Shown: one piece after another, positions 12,511 through 25,344 of the stretch
How the letters are laid out: each line of letters starts with the position of its first letter
Numbering within the stretch: the stretch's first letter is position 1
Assembly (NCBI RefSeq): GCF_006345805.1
Contig: NC_043001.1
Coordinates: 17,608,001-17,672,000, forward strand
DNA: 64,000 nucleotides
Direction of reading: 5' to 3'
Source of the DNA: Octopus sinensis
Lineage: Eukaryota
Position numbers and translations under genes: made by a program
The notes under the pieces: generated by a model
The model's input: the letters and a program-made list of their open reading frames with translations, nothing else
What the model was told of the DNA's origin: nothing
Database searches by the model: none

Positions 12511-13745
12511 TATCTACATGTATCTCCGTCGATTGTATGTTTGCTGTTAACCATGGTGAAGTAGTTCACGAACAGCGCTGTGTTAGAACCTGTGCAGTGT
12601 TGCTGGTGCTGTGTACGTAGAGATGTTATTGACGACGTTGGTGAGAGACATGATGGTGGCGATGAAGATGAAGGTCGCCATGATACTGTTGGACGGGTGT
12701 TGTCTGGCGTCGTCGCTAGAACTGGTTGTGTCGTGTGGTCAGTGGCTTGACCTTAGAAGGTCTGGAACCAACTTCAGACGAGAAGTTGAGTTTTTATAGA
12801 TAACAGTAGGCTCAAATTGGAGTTGGGAACAGACTGTCTCACGTGATCTTATTTAGGGACTCCGATTGGTTGGGTTGCATATCGGCGCGACAGAGTAAGA
12901 GACAAATTGCACCAATACCAACCAATCAGATACCAACCAACGGAGTCCAAATAACGGCCAAAGATTAGCTGTTATGTGCTACGTTCGTATATACGTATAT
13001 ATAATAGAGTAGAGAGGAATTTCACTGGAGTGTACGCTACAAACGTTTTCTTACCCAGGATAAGAATTGGGTTCATCACTTCTATGTAGCAGAAACATCC
13101 CTCATCTGCTCCAAAGAAGCCCAAAGTCGTTTCGTCTGCAGGGAAGGTGACAGCATCAGCTTTTTTAGGATGCAAAAGGCGTTGAGTTTATTGACAATCT
13201 TCAAAAGGGCCACACCATTAATGCTGGGGTAGTAACGAAAGGCTATCAAGATCAAACGCCCAGGAAAACTGACGGAAAGGATCTTGTTTCATCTGGTCAG
13301 CAATCCAGCACACAAGTCCATGGTTTCAATGGCTACTGAGCGCAACTGTTGCTTTGAACTGGTTCATCTCCCTCGATATTCTTTTGACTTGGGCCGCATC
13401 TGGCATCTGTTCCCCAACACGTAAAAACATTTGGATGGTGACCAGTGTCGCAGTGATGTTGACGTCATATCTGCTGTTGATAGACTTTGTTGATCAACAG
13501 GACGAAAGCTTCTTTACCAACGGGGTCCGAACACTGCGACTTCGATGGAAGAAATGTATGAACTGTAAAGTGAGACAATGTAGAGAAATAAACTTCAGTT
13601 GGTCATATCATATGAGAGTATGTTGGTCAACGACCCCCGTGTATGATGGAAGGAAGTGAGAACTTCAAAACAATTCAAAGAAATCAGGAAAAGTTGAAGA
13701 GTGTTGCTAGAAAGGATATTGACGTGGTATTTCCAGGAAATATAC

Positions 13746-13787
<42 letters not shown>

Positions 13788-14103
13788 ACACACACACACA
13801 CACACACCAAATACACATAAAGACACACACAGACACTGGTTCACACATACATGCTTTCACCTGAATTATGCATTTTGTTCGTGTTTGACTGTACGCACGT
13901 AATTGCTCCTATTTGAGGGGAGAAAATAATACCTCAAATGGCCTTTATTTTACAGTTAGAATATTAAAACAACTGTTTCGTGTTGTTGTATAAAGATTAG
14001 CCAAAGTTTTGTTGTCCGTATTCTAAGTAGTTGCGTGCATCTGTTGGTGATTTCTAGGAGACCCCTCTCTGTGTTGACGAGTAGCGAGGGTGAGAGTTAT
14101 ATA

Positions 14104-14322
14104 TGTTTCTTTATTACCCATAAGGGGCTAAACATAGAGGGGACAAACAAGGACAGGCAAACGAATTATGTCGATTACATCGACTCCAGTGCGTAACTGG
14201 TACTTAATTTATCGACCCCGAAAGGATGACAGGCAAAGTTTGAACTCAGAACGTAACGGCAGACGAAATACGGCTACGCATTTCGCCCGGCGTGCTAACG
14301 GTTCTGCCAGCTCGCCGCCTTC
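14104..14322 (-). mobile_element. SINE family M monomer
   Basis: 18-bp TSD gagggtgagagttatata at 14086-14103 and 14325-14342. Confidence 0.88.
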
Positions 14323-14709
14323 AAGAGGGTGAGAGTTATATAGTACCTCGTTGATATGCCATGAGTGAAGACTGACTGACAGACAGACAGACAGAGACAG
14401 AGGTGCTCTTCTGGCAAAAGACGGACACAAAGTGAAATGTGCTCCGGCCATGCGCCAAGTAATACGCGTCAGAGAAAGAATAGTATTTGGGCCCTGTATT
14501 CATAATGACTCCATGGCTAAATTAGGTTAGAAAAAACCCCCCGGATTTTTCGTGAGTTATCTTAAGTGTGATGCAAAAGGGTTATAAGGCTAACAGTCGA
14601 ATCTCATAGAATTTTTAGCTCGAGTGTCGAGAAGAATGGACAGGAGTTTACAGAAAAATCTAGACTAACGTTTCGATTCCAGGAAACAATTCGCTTCTTT
14701 TATATATAT

Positions 14710-15093
14710 AGTGGCTGTGTGGTAAGTAGCTTGCTTACCAACCACATGGTTCCGGGTTCAGTCCCACTGCGTGGCACCTTGGGCAAGTGTCTTCTACTAT
14801 AGCCCCGGGCCGACCAAAGCCTTGTGAGTGGATTTTGGTAGACGGAAACTGAAAGAAGCCCGTCGTATATATGTATGTATATGTATGCGTGTGTGTGTTT
14901 GTGTCTGTGTTTGTCCCTCCAGCATTGCTTGACAACCGATGCTGGTGTGTTTATCTCCCCGTTACTTAGCGGTTCGGCAAAAGGCACCGATAGAATAAGT
15001 ACTGGGCTTACAAAAGAATAAGTCCCGGGGTCGAGTTGCTCGATTAAAGGCGGTGCTCCAGCATGACCACAGTCAAATGACTGAAACAAGTAA
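14710..15093 (+). mobile_element. SINE family C
   Basis: Consensus match, first bases missing. Confidence 0.85.
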
Positions 15094-15105
15094 AAATAAT
15101 AATGA

Positions 15106-15329
15106 TAATAATAATAATAATAATAATAATAGTGGCTTTTATAAAACCTTTTTCAATCACAGGCGAAACCTGAGAACTGGTCCATTTATACTGGCCATTC
15201 TTGCACAATTCAACCACCTTTCAGAAAACTTGCTATCGGACAGCATTCTCCTCTCTAACCTCATCTTCCTTTTCAAGTGAAACTTGAAAAAGTTGATGAG
15301 GCCTTGACCAAAGAGGAAAGTGTCTGACT

Positions 15330-15367
<38 letters not shown>

Positions 15368-15825
15368 CAATTCTTTTTTATTGGCCACAAGGGCTGACAC
15401 GCATGATTACATAAAGGGACAAAACAGGACGAAAGGTTACAAAGGGTTTTGCCGTTTTTGAAAAACATCGAGTAAAAACTTAATAACAATAATTATAAAA
15501 CAATGAAAAACTCCCAAAAGGGGGAGACGTTTCGAAAGGTTCCTGGTGGAAAAAACCCTACAAAAGCCAACGGGAGCCTGGTCAAAAAAGGGGTGTAGAG
15601 AGTCCCTTTTTTCTCCTTTTACATTACCTTTTTGAAATCACAGGCGAAACCTGAGAACTGGTCCATTTATACTGGCCAGTCTCGCACAATTCACCCACCT
15701 TTCAGAAAACTTGCTATCGGACAGCACTCTCCTCTCTAACCTCATCTTCCTTTTCAAGTGAAACTTGAAAAAGTTGATGAGGCCTTGACCAAAGAGGAAA
15801 GTGTCTGACTTTAATAATAATAATA

Positions 15826-15862
<37 letters not shown>

Positions 15863-16062
15863 TAATTCTTTTTTATTGGCCACAAGGGCTGACACGCATG
15901 ATTACATAAAGGGACAAAACAGGACGAAAGGTTACAAAGGGTTTTGTCCGTTTTTGAAAAACATCGAGTAAAAATCTTTATAACAATTTAAAAAATTCAA
16001 CAATGAGAAACTCCCAAAAGGGGGAGACGTTTCGAAAGGTTCCTGGTGGAAAAAACCCTACA
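15106..16062 (-). mobile_element. Tandem L1/Tx1-type LINE 3' ends with (TTA)n tails
   Basis: 481-bp period. Both ORF ends read FLFGQGLINFFKFHLKRKMRLERR.LSDSKFSERW...RFRL*, a Tx1-like ORF2 C-terminus, followed by 3'UTR and (TTA)n. Confidence 0.7.
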
Positions 16063-16618
16063 TGGCCTTGCTATTTGCTTTTGAGCCAAATTAACTAACT
16101 AACTAAAAAGCCAACGAATAATAAACAAAAATAAACGCTACAGAAGACAGCTAGTTAAACAGGTAAAGGGAGGTAACTTATACTAATTAATCTCGCTGGA
16201 AAGCTGTGCGAATTCTTCGCTATTTATCCCAAACAGAATGCTCCGAATGTAAGTTGTGGGCACTCACATACATACATGGTGGAATCCCACCTTATTAATA
16301 AATACAGACCACTTCTAAACACATCCCCCTAACACGAACCCACACAACAAACACACTTACACCTGCACACACCCTACACACACTTTTACCCAGATATTAA
16401 CACCATGACACACGCAAATATATGGTTCCACACATACACATAATTTGATACGGGTGCAAAACATCCAACACTATTTTTTGGAAATGACTGTAAATATTGA
16501 CTTCACACAAACACGTTGCTTCCCGATACAGGCACAAGGCCAGCAGAACTATAAATATTGAAAATTGTACCCACACACGCACACATATATACACGCGCGC
16601 GCGCCTCAACATACATAT

Positions 16619-16659
<41 letters not shown>

Positions 16660-17478
16660 TATAGCTCTTCCTGTCCTAAACGAACCTACTTATCTAGCTC
16701 AAATTCAGTCAAGCGGAAAATACACTCCCTAACCACGCGCTAAAAAGCTATTTAAAATATCCACATGACGTCTACTGACCAGCCTGAACAATAAGAATTT
16801 TCAACAATGCTATTTTCGAAAACTCCATACTCCACCCACACCAACATTCATTCTAAACATTCACATGACCTCTTTATTATGACCACATCCATGTGACCTC
16901 TTTATTATGACCAATAAGAAATTTTAGGCGCGACACTAGCCAAATTTTAACATCTCTGGAGCCTATTTTCTTACCCCAACACCAACTTCCATTCAAACAT
17001 TCACGTGACCCCTTTATAATGACCAATCAAAATTGTATTGACCATTGTCCACAAGAAATTTTAGGCGCGAAACCAAGAAAATCTTAAACAACTCTGGAGC
17101 CTCTTTTTTCACATATAAGAGACAGCAAACCCAACATAAAGTCAGATAAGAGAAAAAAATCTATCAGAAAGGAACTTTATCTCTCTTTAAAAGATATCTT
17201 TTGATAAGCATAACAAATGCGCAACCGGTAAAAAGAACTTTCACCAAATTAAATACACTCTCCCTTACTTAAATTATTTTGTCAGCATTTTCTTCATTTC
17301 CTTTATATATATATATATATATTATAAATGTATATATATATATATATATAATAGATATATTATATATATATATATATATAATATAATATATATATGCTAT
17401 ATATATTTATAAATGCATATATATATTTATAATGCATATATATATATATATATATAGATAACATATATGTATATATAT

Positions 17479-18412
17479 CAGTCGAAAGTCGCCTGTTGTT
17501 ATTCCTTGTTTGTATTCGTAATTGTGTACCATGTTCTCCGTCTTTTTGTCTTTGTTGTCGTACACATTCGCTAGCTTTCTTACAAAGGGGCCTCATGCGT
17601 TTAGCTTTGACTTTTTGGGGGCAACAAGATCGAACCATCTGAAGTGTAACTGCCCGAAATCGTCTTGATGTCTGGTACTTGACTGAGGAAAGAAAGCCAC
17701 GAATGCCCCGTCTTTCTTTGCCTGTCTTTCTAATTGTTGTTTCTCTTGTCTGCCTTTGTATCGTTTATCTGTCCGAATGTTTTTATTGTCCTCTATTGCG
17801 TTTTTGTTCCATTTTTACATTCATATATACATATATATACATATAGCAGCGTATGTACACACTTGTGCTCGCCTTATAGTAGGTATGTATCTAAATTTTA
17901 TACGACTCTTACTCCATCTTTTAGTCCCCCTCTCACTTTCTTCCTTTTTCTTTTTCTCGCTCCCCCTCTCTCATATTTCTTGGCCCTCTCTTTCTTTAAC
18001 TCCCACTATTTCGCACTTGTTTATCTCCCCTGTACCTTTCTCTTTGTTTCTGATTTTTTTTCTAATCCTTCAATCCCGCTGCCCCTACCCATCTCCCCTC
18101 CTTCCACGTGACCGGTGTCCGGCTAGTCATGATCTTTCCTTCTTGGCCTGATTGCCGACCGTCAACACCTCTTATGTCCATCTCCTATGTTCCTGCCTTT
18201 AGGCTTTCACTCCATACACGCCAGCTCAATTTGATTCGTCCTCAGTCGAAAGACACCTGTTGATATTTCTTGTTGTTTGTATTCCTAATTGTGTACCATG
18301 TTCTCCGTTTTTTTGTCTTTGTTGCCGTACACATTTGCTAGCTTTCTTACAAAGGGGTGTATTGCTCTTTAGACCTTTTGGGGGCAACCAGATCGAACCA
18401 TTTCAAGTGTAA
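17479..18412 (+). repeat. Element with ~170-bp terminal direct repeats (pseudo-LTR-like)
   Basis: cagtcgaaag...gaaccat.t.aagtgtaa at 17479-17650 and 18243-18412. Confidence 0.55.
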
Positions 18413-18737
18413 GGCACATGGTTAGAGTGTCGAGCTTGCGATCGTGAGGTTGTGAGTTCGATTTCCAGACCAGGCTGTATGTTGTGTTCTTGAGCAAGAC
18501 CCTTTATTTCAGGTTGCTCCTGTTAAATCAGCTGTAGAAATGAGTTGCGACGTCACTGGTGCCAAGCTGTATCGGCCCCTTTGCCTTATCCCTTGGATAA
18601 CATCAGTGGTGTGGAAAGGAGAGGCTGGTATGCATGGGCGACTGCTGGCTTTCCATAAACAACCTTGCCCGGACTTGTACCTCGGAGGGTAACTTTCTAG
18701 GTGCAATCCCATAGTCATTCATGACCGAAGGGGGTCT
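18413..18737 (+). mobile_element. tRNA-derived SINE
   Basis: tggttagagtg...gagttcgattt head, gttcttgagcaagaccctt core. Confidence 0.72.
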
Positions 18738-18982
18738 CCTCCTCATACACACACACACCACACACACATGTAGGATCTTTTCGCTTTTACCGGCAGAGTT
18801 TTAAAATAATTTCTATGTAACTAAACACTTTTAAACTTTGTATACTCGTAGAATGGGATCTTTTCGCTTTGACCGGCAAATTGCAGAAATGCAAGAAATT
18901 AAAGACCAAATATCTTACAAACTATAGAATTTTCTTAAGAAAACCAAGAGAAAAAGATGTTTTATAAACACATTCTACCAGT

Positions 18983-19148
18983 ATAGGCGCAGGAGTGGCT
19001 GTATGGTAAGTAGCTTGCTAACCAACCACATGGTTCCGGGTTCAGTCCCACTGCGTGGCACCTTGGGCAAGTGTCTTCTGCTATAGCCCCGGGCCGACCA
19101 ATGCCTTGTGAGTGGATTTGGTAGACGGAAACTGAAAGAAGCCTGTCG

Positions 19149-19182
<34 letters not shown>

Positions 19183-19428
19183 ATATGTATTATGTGTGTG
19201 TGTGTGTGTTTGTGTGTCTGTGTTTGTCCCGCTAGCATTGCTTGACAACCGATGCTGGTGTGTTTACGTCCCCGTCACTTAGCGGTTCGGCAAAAAGGGA
19301 CCGATAGAATAAGTACTGGGCTTACAAAGAATAAGTCCCGGGGTCGAGTTGCTCGATTAAAGGCGGTGCTCCAGCATGGCCGCAGTCAAATGACTGAAAC
19401 AAGTAAAAGAGTAAAAGAGTAAAGAGTA
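18983..19428 (+). mobile_element. SINE family C inserted in a GGATC-TIR MITE
   Basis: Full consensus; agtata duplication at the flanks. Confidence 0.87.
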
Positions 19429-19768
19429 TACAAAGTTTAAAATTTTTTAGTTACATAGAAATTATTTTTTAAAATCTGCCAGTCAAAGCGAAAAGATCCC
19501 GTATGTATCTGTGTATGTATATATGCGTATGAGCTTGAATACAAAAAAATTTGTTAGTCTAAGTATTATCTTCCTTTCTACTTCCTTTTCTTTCTCAGCA
19601 ATTATAACAGCCATGGCTCATTACGTCATTTTCTCTAAACTAGAAGTTTCCCGTTCATATTTGAATTTTTTGCGTTTCAACTTTTCTGTTTTTTACTAAT
19701 TCCCAAAGTTGACAGACATTTAGCGATACGTAAAACCGAATCTCTAGTGAGACATTTTATTTATTTAG

Positions 19769-19810
19769 GTACCTGAAGAGACCCAGAATGAGTCGAAGCA
19801 TGTGTCGTAC
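19769..19810 (+). ncRNA. Hammerhead-like motif, A15.1>G (probably decayed)
   Basis: GUAC-CUGAAGA-[GAC..GUC]-GAAGC-AUGU-GUC^-GUAC. Confidence 0.55.
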
Positions 19811-19899
19811 TAAATAAAATCTTTTTTTTTTTTCCATATATTTTATTAATACTATACATATACACAGACATGGTTGAAGGAGAGGTTTTCTTCTAGCTG

Positions 19900-20320
19900 C
19901 TCGTCCATAATACCCCAGCTTATGTAGCACACGTTCTTGGACTAACTTCTAGCTGTTTTGCAACGTCAGAAGCCTTCAAACAGCGAGACTCCCTTTCCGA
20001 GGGTCTAGGTCGGCCGGGACGAGAATCTGTTGATTCTTTTCCTTGGCTTTTTGAATATAATTCTTTTAACAGTAGCAAGAGGAATTTGAGGATTTTCGGC
20101 AATTTTCGCTGGCTAAGACCAGCCTCGGAGTGCCCAACAATACGACCTCTTTGAAAATCTGACAGTTCTGCTGAATTTTTTGTGCATGGTATGGTTACTC
20201 TTAGCACCTGGAATGAAAAAGAATAATTAAATTGTAAATTCTACACCGCTGAAACCATATTAAGACGCTTAGATCAGAAATGTTGAAAATTAAAAGGTGT
20301 CTATTTACTTCCTGCGTGTC
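19900..20320 (-). mobile_element. Tc1-like transposase N-terminal fragment
   Basis: ELSDFQRGRIVGHSEAGLSQR...GKEST..RPGRP paired-like HTH signature. Confidence 0.75.
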
Positions 20321-20386
20321 TATATCTATATATATCCTTAAATCATTAAAAGTGTTTTAGCCCGAAGGCTGCGGCCATGCTGGGGC

Positions 20387-20528
20387 AAAAGCAGCAGAAA
20401 TTTAACAAAAGTTGTTACTCGGAGTTTCACGTTCCCGTTCGTCGGACAGTTTTGTTAAAAGAAAACTGTCCGACGAACGGGAACGTGAAACTCCGAGTAA
20501 CAGCTTTTGTTAAATTTCTGCTGCTTTT
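20387..20528. repeat. Palindrome, 67-bp arms (1 mismatch), 8-nt loop
   Basis: 20387-20453 versus 20462-20528. Confidence 0.92.
20466..20503 (+). ncRNA. Hammerhead-like motif, U4>C variant
   Basis: CUGU-CCGACGA-[ACG GGAA CGU]-GAAAC-UCCGA-GUA^-ACAG, in the right arm of a 67-bp palindrome. Confidence 0.52.
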
Positions 20529-20606
20529 AAATACAGCATATTACTCTACCTCTAGTATTTGAGTACTCTTTTTTCCACCTTGTTTCACATTTATGTGTTT
20601 ACTCCG

Positions 20607-20640
<34 letters not shown>

Positions 20641-20734
20641 CACGACCATAATTTCTCTGAATTGATGTAAATACACATCGTTCTAATCTTTTTAAAACTC
20701 CAAGAATTAAACATTTTTTTTCAATTAATCAATT

Positions 20735-21448
20735 GTTTCAGTCATTTGACTGCGGCCATGCTGGAGCACCGCCTTTAGTCGAGCAAATCGACCCCAAGAC
20801 TTATTCTTTGTAAGCCTAGTACTTATTCTATCAGCCTCTTTTTACCGAACCGCTAAGTTACGGGGACGTAAACACACCAAAGTCGGTTGTCAAGCGATGG
20901 TGGAGGGACAAACACAGATACACAAACATATACGCACACATACATACATACATACATACATACATACATACCGAAGCCACTCACAAGTCTTTGGTCGGCC
21001 AAAGGCTATAGTAGAAGACACTTTCGCAAGGTGCCACGCAGTGGGAGTGAACCCGAAACCATGTGGTTGGGTAGCAAGCTTCTTACCACACAGCCACTCC
21101 TGCGCCCATATGCTTATCTTTAACTTGTTTCACTCATTGGATTGCGGCCATGCTGGGGCACCGCTTTGAAGGATTTTTAGTAGAATGAATCGATTCCAGT
21201 ACTTTTTCTTTTAACCCTGGCACTTATTTAATCCGTTTCTTTGCCGAGTTACGGGGACATACACAAACCAACACCGGTTGTCAAGTGATGGTGGGGGACA
21301 AGCACATACCCAATGTCATGTGCGCGCACTCACACATACATCTACGACGGGTTTCTTTCAGTTTCCGTCTATCAAATCCATACACAAAATTTTGATCGGC
21401 CTGGGGCTATAGTAGAAGACTTTTGCCCAAGGTGCCATGCAGTGAGAC
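20735..21448 (-). mobile_element. Two adjacent SINE family C copies (20735-21108; diverged 21127-21448)
   Basis: Reverse-strand consensus matches. Confidence 0.8.
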
Positions 21449-21452
21449 TGTG

Positions 21453-21735
21453 TGGAGGCATGTGGTTAGTGGTTAGAGCAGCGGACTCGCGGTCAAGGGA
21501 TCGCGGGTTCGAATCTCAGACCGGGCGTTGTGTGTGTGTTTATGAGCGAAACACTTAAACTCCACGCGGCTCCTGCAGAAGGTAATGGCGAACTTCTGCT
21601 GACTCTTTCACCACAACTTTCCTCCTGCATCTTGCAGCTCACCTGCGATGGACCGCCGTCCGGTCCAGGTGGGTAACCTATACACCAAGGAAGCCGGAAA
21701 ACCGGCCCTTATGAGCCAGGCATGGCTCGAGAAGG
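21453..21735 (+). mobile_element. tRNA-derived SINE
   Basis: ggaggcatgtggttagtggttagagc...gggttcgaatc head. Confidence 0.75.
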
Positions 21736-22299
21736 AACAAACAAACAAAAACAAAAAAAGTGAGACTGAACCCAGAGCCATGTGGTTGGGAAATTGACAA
21801 GAATTTTGGCAAAGTCATTTGACCGGTCATCAAAAAAAAACAATGGACTGGTTTAAGTGGAAGAGAACGGAAATACACCAATCCTTCGGAAGTGAACTCA
21901 TTCAATAACAGCTTACAAGTCCACACAAGATTGTGGTTGCAACAAATTGTGTGTTTTCCTTTTTTATCTTTAACTTGTTTTAGGCACTGGATGGCGGCCA
22001 TGCTGGGACACTGCCGTCAAGGGGTTAACGGAATGAATCGACAGTAATATTTATTTTTAAACCTAGTACTTATCGGTATATTGACACGTGAGAAAATGTG
22101 GGAGCAGATGGGTGCGAGAAAGGTTGACTCATGTTCTTTTTTTCACGAGCATGTGTGATCACGTATATGTATGCATGTATATAAATGCTGGATTTGGCGG
22201 AAATGAACTTTTGTGATGAGAGGAGCACTAACAGAGGAAGAGCCAACACTTACTCTTAGGGTATTCCCAACCAACTGGCTAAGAAATATTTTCGTTTGT

Positions 22300-22760
22300 G
22301 AGGATAAAAAGAAAATATTTCGATTTTATAGTTCAGGTTAATGGAAATTCTTCAAAATAACCTTCTTTTCTTCTACACAAAGTCTGTACTCCTACAGCTG
22401 TTGAGGTAAATCTTCCAATTTTCCAGCTATCTCCAGTTAATACTATATTTAGCAGTGCTTTCTTTTAATAGCCATATGTATATTGCTAGTATTGCGATGT
22501 TACAGCTCTCCTGGATAAAGGAGAGCATGTGATTGTTGATCCTCGTCTTAAAACGTCCTTCCGTACCATCCATATATTTCTGTACTTGCATCACTTCACT
22601 GGGATCCTTTGAGTTGCCTCCACTTCATATAAGACTGCCTCTATGTTTAGTTTGGGCCAGCTTACTAAAATTTTCTTTCTGGTAGGTGATACGCTAAAGG
22701 AAACTCTCAAAGTATGCTTGTTGAAAATTTCGCTGTACTTATGCGAATAAGTTTTGATCT
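22300..22760 (-). mobile_element. Penelope-like GIY-YIG fragment, degenerate
   Basis: Manual translation KYMDGTEGRFKTRINNHMLSF...LAIYIWLLKE...YSINWR*...LCVEEKKVIL, with a stop and a frameshift. Confidence 0.7.
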
Positions 22761-23103
22761 TTTACTCGCTTCAGTCATTGGACTGCAGCCATTCTGGAGC
22801 AGTGCCTTGAAGGATTTAATCGAGCACATCAAGCCCAATAATTTATTCTTTTACTGAACCACTAAGTTACGAGGACGTAAACAGACCAACGCCGGAAAGC
22901 AGTTTTGAGGGATAAACACACGAACGCTCCCCAAGATTATATATATATATATACAGGAGAGGACTGAACCGTCGGTCAATCGGACACTGCCCGAGAGCTC
23001 GGAGCCCACACTCTATATGTTAACTGTACTAAAACACACATTCAAAAGGGTCCAGTAAACAGTTATGCTCGAGGGCCCTTAATGCTCACAGTTCGCTCCC
23101 TGT

Positions 23104-23109
<6 letters not shown>

Positions 23110-23136
<27 letters not shown>

Positions 23137-23300
23137 ACGAGCTTCTTTCAGTTTCCGTCTACCAAATCCACTCACAAGGCTTTAGTCGGCCCGAGGCTAT
23201 AGTAGAAGGCACTTGCCCAAGGTGCCACGCAGTGGGACAGAACCCGGAACCATGTGGTTGGTAAGCAAGTTACTTACTACACAGCCACTCCTACGCCTAT
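23110..23300 (-). mobile_element. SINE family C, 5' half
   Basis: Head and CORE-like block, ~230 bp downstream of the host gene stop. Confidence 0.8.
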
Positions 23301-23533
23301 GTTTAAAAAAAGATTTTTTTTTTGTATGAGATTAATTGTCGCTCGTGAACCTGAATGGACGGGAGGCAAAATTTATCTTGATGCAGTTTGGATTATGAAT
23401 GTAGATCAAAGGAACTAAAAGCATCAAAGCATTTAGTACCACTTCAGAACACTTCTGTCACCCTTATATACTTAGGTATTTAAGATAAACCAATTATTTA
23501 TAAAAATCAATATATTTAATGTAATAAAAATAA

Positions 23534-23716
23534 TTAATGTTTTTTGATTTTCTCAAGAGAGTCATATATTGCTGTGATTATAGACGACCACCGTTCGTCA
23601 TTTAATGATATGATAGGGTTCAAATGATTTGTAATGTGAGCGATGCTTATTCTGTTCGTCATTTCGCCATAGGCTACTTGACCTCCAAATCCAGCATAAC
23701 CAAACATATATCCACC
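23534..23716 (-). CDS. Beta-lactamase-family hydrolase, terminal exon with stop codon
   Basis: Acceptor ttttgtag|GGT. Translates GGYMFGYAGFGGQVAYGEMTNRISIAHITNHLNPIISLNDERWSSIITAIYDSLEKIKKH then TAA at 23536-23534; matches the family FGxxG.GGQ.A...TN C-terminus. Confidence 0.92.
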   Translation of the reverse strand, partial: GGYMFGYAGFGGQVAYGEMTNRISIAHITNHLNPIISLNDERWSSIITAIYDSLEKIKKH

Positions 23717-23823
23717 CTACAAAATAAAACAAAAATGAAATACTATAACTAAGATATTATAAATATTATTCAGGCGTAAGAAATACAATTTACTACAGAG
23801 AAATAAATAAATAAATAAATTAT

Positions 23824-23881
<58 letters not shown>

Positions 23882-25036
23882 AGAATTAACGATAAGTGGC
23901 TAACTCTAGTGCTAGAAATAGCTCCTTATTCTGGTATAGCCACCGAAGATTTTTTCCACAGCAGAAATAGCATTACCTTCAACGTAAGGGAAGCGAAATA
24001 CAACAAAAAGATAGATTAATACTGAACAATTGTTTCCTTATCAACATAATATGTAATTATACTCACATATTTGTCTATAATTCATCAGCAGTATTTGTCC
24101 TCGATACAATTTATCAGACCCACACGGGGCGATGAAATACACATGCGGTCTGATCTATTGCATCTATAGTTGTGGTTTAGCTTCCCGCCGAAAGCATGCT
24201 AGGACTCCGTGGAAAACAATACCGCATACAATATTTGCTGCAGCATACTTATTTCATAAATTCATAAATGTGGGTGAAAAGTTAGATATTAATTTAATAA
24301 TATCGTCAGTTTAACACCAAGTGGCCTAGCACATAGAAACCAGGGAGACAGTACAAATTTATATATATATTTATGTATATAACTTATATTACTTAATCAT
24401 ATTACTTAATCATCGCTATATGTTTTATCTTATATTTAATCGTTCTATAATATGTAATTTTTCTAAATGGGATAATTTAATTTTTTATTATTGAATTGAT
24501 AAAAGGTGGTTTTGTTCTAATTTATATATATATATAGAAATGGATGCGTGCATTCTGTCATATAATAACAAATTAAAAAATAAAACATATGCATATATAC
24601 ATACATATATGTACGTACCTACATCTATATGTATATATACATGCATATATGGGTACAGGACACCAAAAAAACGTCGAATACAATGAGAAGCGGAAACATA
24701 AACACAAAACCAGGGAAATGGACATTTTTCTTAAACAACGAAGAAAAAATAGAGCACTGGAACAGGAAGGGTGAGAGAGGAAGTGAGGGAAGGAAGACCA
24801 GGGTCATTGTCTTTTGTCTTGGGTGCTCACGACGAACGAACGTGAGGTGAGCGAACGGATAGGGACGGGTACTAGCAGCTGCTATTGTTAGGTGTGCGGG
24901 CAGGGCGCGAGTTTTGGATTGAGTACAGCTGGACGGCAAAACGACGAGAAGGTTGGCGAATCGTTTCTTAATTCCCCGCATAAAAGTTCCCTCGTACAAC
25001 AATAACAAAAGAAAGGGTTTCCTTTTTAATACTTAC

Positions 25037-25282
25037 TTTTGGAAGAGGATGCAACATGAACCCTAAACCTAGAGCTCTTTCCAACAGGAGGACTTGATCG
25101 GTCCCTGATAACTTAACTTTCGTGAGTTCATTTAAGATAGACTTCGACAATATGTCTTTCCCTTTGTTATAACCTGCGTTGGCGAGATTTCCATATAACT
25201 TAGCCAAAGATCTTGCAGTACTATAAGCATTGACACTAGTAGATGGAATGAGTTTAGTGTCACTGTCAGTCAGCTGGTTAAA
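25037..25282 (-). CDS. Beta-lactamase-family hydrolase, penultimate exon
   Basis: Acceptor atttttag|TTT, donor AAA|gtaagt (phase 0/0). Translates FNQLTDSDTKLIPSTSVNAYSTARSLAKLYGNLANAGYNKGKDILSKSILNELTKVKLSGTDQVLLLERALGLGFMLHPLPK, with the family IPS.N...TARSLAKLYG and G.D.VL...GF blocks. Confidence 0.92.
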
Positions 25283-25344
25283 CTAAAAATATAAAAAAAT
25301 AAAAGAAAACAAATAATAATCCTTTCTATTGGAGGCACAAGGCC

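Larger units (their letters stand above)
11095..13041 (-). mobile_element. Solo-LTR-like element (~660 bp without the nested mariner)
   Basis: Minus-strand termini TGTAG...CTACA. In order: CCAAT-like boxes (~12865), TATAAAA (12798-12791), AATAAA (11223-11218). AACGT duplication at 11071-11075 and 13042-13046, with 19 unexplained nt on the left. Confidence 0.55.
9998..13641 (+). mobile_element. Older degenerate mariner interrupted by a SINE (10153-10602) and an LTR-like insert (11076-13041)
   Basis: Left TA+cgagggtgggctgaaa TIR. Transposase fragments EFRRGRESLEDD, DDRRLTINQIA...KVSTRWV...FLER before the insert resume as FLTQD..WVHH, KKPKVVSSAGKV after it. Right TIR is degenerate, so the end is approximate. 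Confidence 0.82.
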
